Assembly (NCBI GenBank): GCA_038087875.1
Contig: CM075988.1
Coordinates: 26,600,001 to 26,660,000, forward strand
Direction: 5' to 3'
Source of the DNA: Malacoraja senta
Lineage: Eukaryota
DNA length: 60,000 bases
Position numbers and translations under genes: made by a program
Notes under the pieces: generated by a model
Told to the model about the DNA's origin: nothing
The model's input: only the letters and a program-made list of their open reading frames with translations
Databases searched by the model: none
Shown: in pieces, positions 14,346 to 23,550 of the stretch
Position numbering within the stretch: the first letter of the stretch is position 1
Layout of the letters: each line of letters starts with the position of its first letter

Positions 14346-15499
14346 GTCTCCACTTCCTATTCATGTTCGAGGAGCAGAATGAGACCATTCAGCCCATCAA
14401 GTCTACTCCGCCATTCAATCATGAATGATCTATCTTTCCTTCTCAACCCCATTCTCCTCCTTTCTCCCCATAACTCCTATCGCAAGGTTCACCAATGTGG
14501 GGACGAGTCAAGGGCACTGTGCACCCAACAGACAAGTATCCCTTTGCCCCTGGTCCTTCCTTTCCATGGGAACGTAGTAGATGTCTACAATTATCAGGAG
14601 CTTGCCAGGGTAGATGTAGAGTTTGTCCTGCTTGCCTAACCCCTAAAGTGAGTGACTACACGACAGCCAATAACAAATCTAACAAAGCATTCAGGAGAGA
14701 GAACTTCACTCAGACAGTCGACCTTGCTCTCACATGCATGGCTGGCCAAATCGCTGAAGCATTTAAGGGGAAGAACCTTAAGTGAGGAAAAACAAAATGG
14801 ACAGAATTGCTGATTAGGGCTGGTTGAAGAAAGAGCTCCAATTGAGCATGAACACGTGCAGATCAGTTGGGCTGAGCGGCCTATTTCTGAGCTGAAATTA
14901 ATTCTCAAAGTACAAGTGAATAGCCTGCCAAAGCTTATTACTGAAGCTCAAGATAGAACAAAGAGCCACCTGGGCAACAGGGCGCAGGGCTGCGGCATTA
15001 ATCAGACCAAAGTAGCATTGGAGGAACAAAAGATTAGCTGGCCATGTCAACGCAACCCCTAACCCCTGACCCCTGACCTGCCAACTCTGGGCAAATCCAT
15101 GATATGTGCAGAGCCATTTCACAATTTCTCGGGCGGATTTGATGCAAGTGGCTGGCGTGACAGTTAGTCAAACATTGCACTCCAGTCTCCGAGATGCCAG
15201 TGCAGAGTTCAAAATGATAACATTAAAAAACACAATGTTTGGAATGATTATGGTGCCAACATCATTGATCTTATTTATGCATTATGTATCGCTGTTCCCA
15301 ACACATCCCATCCAGGAACCTTTGACCTTTACTCACAGTTGGTCACGAGGTGACCACGAGGTTGGGAAGCTGACTTTGGAACAAAGGAAACCGAGGGGAG
15401 AAATAACTGGATGTTCACAAGGTGGACGGCAGGGACTTAGTCCCCTTAGCACAGAGCCAAGCAACAGATTTAAGCTAATCAGTACAAGGCTTAAAAGGA

Positions 15500-15735
15500 T
15501 AGGCACAAAATGCTGGAGTAACTCTGCAGGACAGGCAGCATCTCTGGAGAGAAGGAATGGGTGACGTTAAGGGTCGAGACTCTTCAGACTGAAGTTCAAT
15601 TCAGTCTGAGGAAGGGTCTCGACCCAGAACGTCACCCATTCCTTCTCTCCAGAGATGCTGCCTGTCCTGCTGAGTTACTCCAGCATATTGTGGCCATCTT
15701 TGATTTAAACCAGCATCTGCAGTTCTTTCCCACAC
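15500..15735. mobile_element. Penelope-derived palindromic repeat copy
   Basis: Two inverted arms meeting at TCTTCAGACTGAA...TTCAGTCTGAGGAAGGGTCTCGACCC. Confidence 0.8.
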
Positions 15736-17456
15736 AAGGATTAAAAGGAATAGTTGAGAGAAAATAAAGTCAATGTATGGTGAGGGTGGGGAATTGGTGT
15801 TTGTGGAAAGGGCAATGTGGACAATAGCTAAAAGCCAGGAGACATTACCCACAAGGCAGTGACCAGGAGCTGGGACAACATGGACTCAGTGAACTGAATG
15901 GCTGCTGTGTGTGCTGGAATTCATATGACTTTCAGACATCACTTAAAACCAGATAAACACAAAGTCAGTTGATTGCTTGAACCGCTGATAAGCAAGGACA
16001 CAAACACACCCTAAATATGACAACACTGCAAATCTTCCCAATGTCCCAGGCCACACACATCTAGCACAAAAGATTCATCCAGCACCTCAACACAAGGAAG
16101 TGCAGATGCTGGTTAACAAAGATACAAAGTGCTGGAGTAACTCAATGGTTCAGGCAGCATCTCTGGAGAATATGGGTAGACTATTCATGTTTCTCAGAGA
16201 TGCTGCCCAACCTTGAAGAAGTTCTACTCCTCTCTCCGACAAGAGTTCAGCAACATCCTCTCAGATAGCCCTTGCTTTCTCTCTCCATCCCCTCCCCAGT
16301 TCTCCCACTAGTCTAACTGTCTCCGATGACATTCTATCTTTGTCCCGCCCACTCCCGACATCAGCCTGAAGGGTCTTGATCCAAAACGTTACCCATTCCT
16401 TCTCTCCAGAGATGCTGCCTCACCCGCTGAGTTACTCCAGCATTTTGTGTTCTATGCAGGATCCCAGCATCTGCCGTTCCTTGTGTCTAAATAGAACTAG
16501 TGTGTACAGGTGTTTGGCATGTGCCAAAGGACCCGTTTCCTTTCGGTATCATTCAATCAATGAACTCTTCAAGAGGGCACGCTTCATCACCACCTAGAGC
16601 CACCTCATTCCACCTGGCGAGGCCACTCCACAATGGTGCTGGATCATTGCATCTTTGGGACCCAATGATGATAAAAGAAACAATAACCGATTTTGAAAAC
16701 AGGAAACTACGACTTGGAGGGAACTGTTGCTCCATTAGGGAATGTGTCCCTGAACACCATAGAGTCACACAGCACAGAAACAGGCCCTTAGGCCCAACCC
16801 ATCTATGCTGACCAAGATGCCCGAGCTAACTAAAACCAAGGTAAACTCAGGACAAAAAAAATGTGACATGACCTACACCACAATTTCATTATTTTTTCTC
16901 TTTCTCCCTCTCTCACATAAATAAATACACAGTGTTCCACATTTATGGCAGTTAACAAAAGGAACTTGTGGAGTTGGTTTTGGATCACACTTACAATTGG
17001 ATCCCATACACAGCTTCCCTTTCCTCGCAACCCAGGGAATTGTGGCCATACACATGACCAATCAGCCCTTGCAAGCCTCTCCCCAGCCGCCCTTTAATTA
17101 ATGAGACATTTTATTTTGTAATCATATTTGGTATTTTGGCACTGTCGTCCACCAAGTTTCTCATTTATTAAATTCTGTTTCATCAAATTCCTGAGAGGTT
17201 TTTGGCTTTTTTAGAATGAGAGCAGCCTGCCGAGAACATTCCGTTTCTTCCAGCACAACAGTTAGCCTTTAAGTTTTAAGGAGAGCATTTGCTAACGATT
17301 TGCACAGTATTCCCACCAGTAGCAGTTCCAAACCATCTGCACTGAGATCATTCTTCAACAATCTGAGGTTTAACTCACCACAAAGCCTTCTCTTTCTACA
17401 AAATAATTGGAAGCTTTCAACTAATGAGTCACAAAAGGACACAGAGTGCTGGAGTA

Positions 17457-18246
17457 ACATAGATACATAGAAAATAGGTGCAGGAGTAGGCCATTCGGCC
17501 CTTCGAGCCTGCACCGCCATTCAATATGATCATGGCTGATCATCCAACTCAGTATCCCGTACCTGCCTTCTCTCCAAACCCCCTGATCCCCTTAGCCACA
17601 AGGGCCACATCTAACTCCCTCTTAAATATAGCCAATGAACTGGCCTCAACTACCCTCTGTGGCAGAGAGTTCCAGAGATTCACCACTCTCTGTGTGAAAA
17701 ATGTTTTTTCTCATCTCGGTCTTAAAGGATTTCCCCCTTATCCTTAAGCTGTGACCCATTGTCCTGGACTTCCCCAACATCGGGAACAATCTTCCTGCAT
17801 CTAGCCTGTCCAACCCCATAAGAATTTTGTACGTTTCTATAAGATCCCCTCTCAATCTCCTAAATTCTAGCGAGTATAAGCCAAGTCTATCCAGTCTTTC
17901 TTCTTATGAAAGTCCTGACATCCCAGGAATCAGTCTGGTGAACCTTCTCTGCACTCCCTCTATGGCAATAATGTCCTTCCTCAGATTCGGAGACCAAAAC
18001 TGTACGCAATACTCCAGGTGTGGTCTCACCAAGACCCTGTACAACTGCAGTAGAACCTCCCTGCTCCTATACTCAAATCCTCTTGCTATGAAAGCCAACA
18101 TACCATTCGCTTTCTTCACTGCCTGCTGCACCTGCATGCCTACTTTCAATGACTGGTGTACCATGACACCCAGGTCTCGCTGCATCTCCCCATTTCCTAA
18201 TCGGCCACCATTTAGATAATAGTCTGCCTTCCCGTTTTTGCCACCG
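17457..18246 (-). mobile_element. CR1 LINE 3' fragment
   Basis: ORFs RDLGVMVHQSLKVGMQVQQAVKKANGMLAFIARGFEYRSREVLLQLYRVLVRPHLEYCVQFWSP and MRGDLIETYKI; tail ACATAGAAAATAGG. Confidence 0.93.
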
Positions 18247-18530
18247 CAACTCAGCGGGTCAGGCAGCATCTGTGGAGAACATGGATAGGTGACGTTTCAC
18301 AGAGTGCTGGAGTAACTCAGCGGGTCAGGCAGCATCTGTGGAGAACATGGATAGGTGATGTTTCACAGAGTGCTGGAGTAACTCAGGGGCTCAGTCTGCA
18401 GAGGGGTCTTGACCCAAAACTTCGCCTAACCATGTTCTTCAGAGATGCTGTTAGACCTGCTGAGTTACTCCAGCACTTTGTGTCCTTTTGTGCATTAACT
18501 AGAATCTGCAGTTCTTGGTTTCTACAAATA
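18247..18530. repeat. about two inverted copies of the 66-bp unit plus a Penelope-derived arm
   Basis: CTCAGCGGGTCAGGCAGCATCTGTGGAGAACATGGATAGGTGACGTTTCACAGAGTGCTGGAGTAA repeated; reverse complement of the 2295-2620 unit. Confidence 0.8.
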
Positions 18531-18849
18531 AAGAGTCCAATTTCTTCACTCCTATAATTATGTCCGAGTTCCATCTTGAATTTACCTACAAGCCTAAAGG
18601 GAAAGCATTCATTGTGTTTCCACCATTTCCTCCCCAGTCATTCAAGTAACAAGTGCTCCCAGATCCATCACCCTGTTGCAGCAACAGCATTGTAAGGAGC
18701 ATGCCGCCGGGCAGCTTACATTAATCCCAAGGCCACACATCATTTTTGAGAGGGGTCTACCTGAGATCAAAACATAAACCACAGGACCAGAGCTTCACAA
18801 CCAAAGAGAAGTCCACTGCTTTAAGACAACAGTGGTAACACAGAGAGAA

Positions 18850-19148
18850 CACAGTGGTGCAGCAGGTAGAGCTGCTGCTTCTCAGCGCCAGAGACCCGGC
18901 TTTGATCCAGACCTCGGCTGCTTCTGTGTGGAGTTTGCATGTTTTCCCTGTGACGATGTGAGTTTTTCTCCGGGTGCTCCGGTTTCCACCCACATCCCAG
19001 AGATGTGCAGGTTTGTAGATTAATTGGCCTCTAAAATTGCCCCCGATGCGTAGTGGATGAGAAAATGGGATAACATATAACTGGTGCCAACGGGTGATCT
19101 AGTGGGCTGAAGGGCCAGTTTCCATGCTGTATCTCTAAACGCAAAAAC
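18850..19148 (+). mobile_element. tRNA-derived V-SINE (HE1-like elasmobranch SINE)
   Basis: tRNA-like head CACAGTGGTGCAGCAGGTAGAGCTGCTG..., V-domain TGTGTGGAGTTTGCATGTT...CTCCGGGTGCTCCGGTTTCC, CR1-like tail GGGCTGAAGGGCCAGTTTCCATGCTGTATCTCTAAAC. Confidence 0.85.
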
Positions 19149-19444
19149 CGTACACATATAGCACCTTTAATGAGGCAACACACCCAGGATGGTAAATCAG
19201 ATTAAAACCAATACCCAGCCAAGGTGCTGGAGTAACTCAGTGGGTCAGGCAACACCTCCTGAGGAAATGGATCGGTGACACTTTGGTGGAGAAAGCTGGA
19301 AAAGAGGTCACTCATTCTTTCTATCCAGAGATGCTGCCTGACCCGCTGAGTTACCCCAGCACTCTTAGGCTGTGGGCCGAGCATCAAAAATGTCTAGAAA
19401 TAAACTTTCGTGACCCATGTCTCGGAACTACATGAAATTTTGCA

Positions 19445-19448
<4 letters not shown>

Positions 19449-19492
<44 letters not shown>

Positions 19493-19783
19493 GTGCCTTT
19501 CTAATACTCAAGGCGCTTTACATCGCATTATTCATTCACTCCTCAGTCACACTCGGTGGTGGTGAGCTACTTCTGTAGTCACAGCTGCCCTGGGGCAGAC
19601 TGACGGAAGCGTGGCTGCTAATCTGCGCCTACGGCCCCTCCGACCACCACCAATCACTCACACACATTCACACACATTCACACGCAGGCAAAGGTGGGTG
19701 AAGCGTCTTGCCCAAGGACACAACGACAGTATGCACTCCAAGCGGGATTCGAACCGGCTACCTTCCGGTTGCCAGCCAAACAC
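19449..19783 (-). mobile_element. tRNA/CORE-type SINE with L2-like 3' tail and 41-nt poly(A)
   Basis: Minus strand: B box GGTTCGAATCC, CORE-like GTGTCCTTGGGCAAGAC, tail TGTAAAGCGCCTTGAG...AAAGGCACTATA followed by A41. Confidence 0.75.
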
Positions 19784-20240
19784 TGAAATTCTTGCTTTGC
19801 TTCAGCACAACAGAATATAGAAGGCATGAATACAGAACAGATCAGTGTGTCCATATACCATTGAATACATATATACACACATCAATAAACAGATAAAGTG
19901 CAATGAGCTATTAATGCTCAGAGTTTTGTTTGAGTTGAGCTCAATAGCCTGATGGCTGTGGGGAAGTAGCTATTCCTCAACCTGGATGCTGCAGTCTTCG
20001 GGCTCCTGTACCTTCTACCCGAAGGCAGCGGGGAGATGAGTGTGTGGCCAGGATGGTGTGGGTCCCCGATGATGCTGGCAGCCACTTTGAGGCAGCGACT
20101 GCGATAGATCCCCTCGATGGTGGGGAGCCGATGATGGACTGGGCAGGGTTTACAACTGTTTGCAGTCTTTTCCGCTCCTGGGTGCTCGAGTTGCCGAACC
20201 AAGCCACGATGCAACCGGTCAGCATGCTCTCTACCGTGCT
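19784..20240 (-). mobile_element. Rex1/Babar LINE 3' fragment
   Basis: Frames ESMLTGCIVAWFGNSSTQERKRLQTVV and HPGHTLISPLPSGRRYRS...RLRNSYFPTAIRLLS. Confidence 0.85.
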
Positions 20241-20372
20241 GTCTTTCCCCCTCAATCCCATGCTCATGGCTTCACCCCAGACGCCCTGACATTAGTAAGC
20301 AGCCGTACTCTTTTGCACTTTCACCTATTGTCCACCCTCCAGGTACACTCTAACCACTCAGCTCTGAAAATT

Positions 20373-20557
20373 GTTAAAGAAGGAACTGCAGATGTTGGAA
20401 AATCGAAGGTACACAAAAATGCTGGAGAAACCCAGCGGGTGCAGCAGCATCTATGGAGCGAAGGAGACAGGCAACGCCTCGGGCCGAAACGTTGCCCATC
20501 TCCTTCGCTCCATAGATGCCGCTGCACCCGCTGAGCTCCTCCAGCGTTTCCGTGTAC
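20373..20557. mobile_element. Penelope-derived palindromic insertion with 14-bp TSD
   Basis: Inverted arms centred near 20482; CAGCTCTGAAAATT duplicated at 20359-20372 and 20558-20571. Confidence 0.85.
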
Positions 20558-21240
20558 CAGCTCTGAAAATTCATCCCTCACCATATTTGAGCCACACTTA
20601 CTTCGAGACTCTTCTTCAATGTCCTCTCTCTGACCAAATGGGGAGCAATGCTTGATCAAAGCACCAAGTGCCGGAGGAACTCGGCAGGTCCGGCAGCATC
20701 GGAGGAGTGAATGGACAGACGATATTCCGGGTCGGAGCCCTTCTACAGATTGATGGCGGCAGGGAGAAGGCTGGACATGAGATGCGGGGGAGGGGACAAA
20801 GTCTGGCGAGTGACCGGGAGACGGTGAGGAGACCCACCTGGCCGCGGTGGCGGGTCTGGGGCAGCAGGAGAGTAGCAGCAATCACAGAGGGAGAGCAGTG
20901 AGAGAGGGTCTCGCAGAACTCCCGTCATAGAGAGGAGGAGAACCATTCTTCGAGGAGATTTCAAAATGGAGCAGCAAAATGGAGATGCAAGGAAACCGCA
21001 GAGCGAAACACAAACTGCTGGAGTAACTCAGCAGGTCAAGCAGCATCTGTGGAGGGTATGGCAGGCAATATTTCAGGTCAGAGCCTCTTCAGACTGATTC
21101 TAGTTGGGGGGAGAAAGCTGGAAAAGATAGGTGGGGGACTAACAAAGCCTAGCAAGTGATAGTGGATCCTTTCGCTTCATTTTTACTTGATTATTTTCCA
21201 TATAATACCATGGCACGATGTAAAACATTACATTAATATC

Positions 21241-21442
21241 GAAGGTAGACAAAAATGCTGGAGAAACTCAGCGGGCGAGGCAGCATCCATGGAGCGAAGG
21301 AAACAGGCGACGCCTCGGGTCGAGACCCCTCCCCAGACCCAGACTTCAGAGGCTGAAGAAGGGTCTCGACCCGAAACGTCGCCCACTCCCCTTGCCCCAT
21401 AGATGCCGCCTCACCCGCTGAGCCTCTCCAGCATTTCTGTCT
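21241..21442. mobile_element. Penelope-derived palindromic repeat with an intact hammerhead core in the right arm
   Basis: Inverted arms of about 90 bp each; CTGAAGA-A-GGGTC-TC-GACCC-GAAA-CGTC at 21353-21380. Confidence 0.82.
21353..21380 (+). ncRNA. minimal type I hammerhead ribozyme motif (PLE-associated)
   Basis: Core CUGAAGA, stem II GGGUC/GACCC, GAAA, palindromic ACGU stem III, GUC cleavage triplet. Stem I is weak in this copy. Confidence 0.6.
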
Positions 21443-22137
21443 TTAGATAAAATATAATTGAGAAGGAAGTCATAACTCGTCAGTGCCAAATGTTGCACAT
21501 TAATTAACTAAACTAGTTAGAAAATGAGATCAAAAACCCCATGGGGAACCTATTTCCCTGTTGCAGTCTCTTTAAACCATATATTATTGTACCATGACTT
21601 GTGAATATGACTGTAATCATATAATTATATAAAACTAATATAATGAATATAATTGCGAGTGTGTATTTTGAAGGAGACTGCCGCAGAGGTCCAACTCCTG
21701 AACCAGCCTAATTCATGGGTGAGGGCAGTTCCTGTGGGTTCCCCCATTTACTGAACCCCACTGACTGCCAGTGTGCAGAGTGGGGGTCACGGCCATAGTG
21801 GGACTGGGGCAGTACCAGGCTGGGGGAAGGCTAAGGCATCTTCCACTGACAGGAAAATGCCTAACCCTAACCCTAACTGCCCCCCCCCTTCCAGAGCTGC
21901 CCACGGCTGGAGCTGGAGCCGCTTTGGGACCGGCTGCGGGCTCCGTACGTGTGGCCCCGCAGCGCTTCCACCTCGGCCAGCATGCCCTTCTGGTTCATCG
22001 TAGTGATGATGGTGGGGAGCAGCACAGCCCTGCACGCCGCCTGGGCCGCCTTCAGCACCACCATAGCGCCAGCTCCGTCAGTCCGCCCACACGCTCGCTG
22101 CAACACTGGCCATCCGACAGCCCGACCCTAACCCTAA

Positions 22138-22713
22138 AAGGCCTGTCTCACGAGTCTGCGGTCATTGGCGGCGAAACGGGAAAAATCTGCCGCCATAGAC
22201 CGCGCACTCGTGAGAACGTACAAATCCGAGGCCGTGCGGCGGTGTTCCCAACACCGCACGGTGCTAAAATAAAAATGACAATGTCGAAAACTATATACTC
22301 ACCGCACAACCTCCACCAGTGATGCACGAGTGCGGCATGGCCGCCCGCACGGGCCGCCGCCAGTGTGGCTCGAGCGCCGTGCGTCAAACCTCCACTGCCA
22401 CAGCCTCCGCCAGTGAGGCACGTGTGCGGCACGGCCGCAGGCACAGCCACCGCGCCGCGATCAGGACGGCCGCCGCCACAGCCGCCGCTCGTGAGTCACG
22501 TGCGGTGGGCCGACGTCATAGCAGTCGGCCCGCCCTTTTTTTTACTTACCGCAAGCACGTGGGACCCGCCGTGTTTGAATTACTCGGCCCCCGCGCAGCA
22601 TCCGTGCGGCGCTCCGGTGGATAGGCTCGGCGCTCTTGCCGTTGCCGCGCGGTCCCCGCTACCGGCGACGCCGCGCTTCACCGCCGATGACCGCAAACAG
22701 GTAAGACAGCCTT
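22138..22713. mobile_element. GC-rich MITE, PIF/Harbinger-like, nested in the Academ-like element
   Basis: About 40-bp imperfect TIRs: left AGGCCTGTCTCACGAGTCTGCGGTCATTGGCGGCGAA versus right (reverse complement) AGGCTGTCTTACCTGTTTGCGGTCATCGGCGGTGAA; TAA/TTA flanks. Confidence 0.72.
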
Positions 22714-23400
22714 TACTCTACATTTTTTATTTATCATTTTTATTTAACAGTTCACATCATAACTTTATAAAGATAAATCAATTGAAAAACAAAATGATCA
22801 GCAAGGTGAGCATTACCTTTATTCCTTGGAAACCTTGTTATTGTTTTGATGTAATGAGGAGGCAGCCATGATCCCAGGGTCCTCCCTGCCAAGCGACCAT
22901 AAAACAAAGCGCGGGGTTGGTCAATGTGCGTCCGACCTCAATGTCAAACGTGCATTGATTGGACAATTACTACTCCGAAAATTTGACGTTTTTCTCATCA
23001 TTCTTTAAAAATTGCAGGGTTTTTTCTTGACGAGTTTCAGGTATGATTTATATAATATTTTTACACAATATGTTAAAAATTCAGGTAGTTCTGCGAGTTG
23101 GGTCATGAACCCGACCAAAAAAGCTCCTCGGCCCACAGCCTATCTGTGAAATGTCTCCTACCCATGTTCTCCAGAGATGCTGCCTGACCCGCTGAGTTAC
23201 TCCAGAACGTTGTGTCTGTCTTAAGGATAAAGATGCTGGTTCATGATTAATGTTAATAAATTCGTAACAGACACCGATGGTTGAAAATCTGATACTGAGT
23301 TTGTACAGGGCCAACGCCCAAATAATCTCAATACACCCACACATCTAACCCTCCGTTCCTTTAAAAAGACAGAGTGCTGGAGTCTCAGCGGGTCAGGAGT

Positions 23401-23428
23401 CTGAAGAAGGGTTTCGGCCCGAAACGTT
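23401..23428 (+). ncRNA. minimal hammerhead ribozyme motif
   Basis: CTGAAGA-A-GGGTT-TC-GGCCC-GAAA-CGTT: intact core, G-U pairs in stem II, GUU triplet. Confidence 0.55.
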
Positions 23429-23516
23429 GCCCGTTTCCTTCGCTCCATAGATGCTGCTGCACATGCTGAGTTTCTCCAGCATTTTTGTGTACCATCATCT
23501 CTGGAGAACATGGATA

Positions 23517-23550
23517 GGTGACGTTTCAGGTCAGGACCCATCTTCAGACT
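23517..23550 (-). ncRNA. minimal hammerhead ribozyme motif on the ZBTB16 sense strand (intronic)
   Basis: Reverse complement reads AGT-CTGAAGA-T-GGGTC-CT-GACCT-GAAA-CGTC-ACC. Confidence 0.55.

Larger units (their letters stand above)
19366..23142. mobile_element. non-autonomous TIR DNA transposon (Academ-like), 3777 bp, with nested insertions
   Basis: Perfect 16-bp TIR TAGGCTGTGGGCCGAG (19366-19381) / CTCGGCCCACAGCCTA (23127-23142); imperfect subterminal inverted repeats; TCT duplicated at 19363-19365 and 23143-23145, splitting one 66-bp repeat unit (CAGCAC-TCT|...|TCT-GTGAAA). Confidence 0.8.

Noticed and set aside
18850..18920. tRNA-like sequences here and at about 45540, 53038 and 56300
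   Set aside because: These are SINE heads continuing into V-domain and LINE-derived tails; there is no complete cloverleaf.
20321..22871. Multiple 100-186 aa ORFs in the GC-rich nested-element region as a transposase gene
   Set aside because: No recognisable DDE, Myb or helicase motifs; explained by high GC content and repeat-derived sequence.
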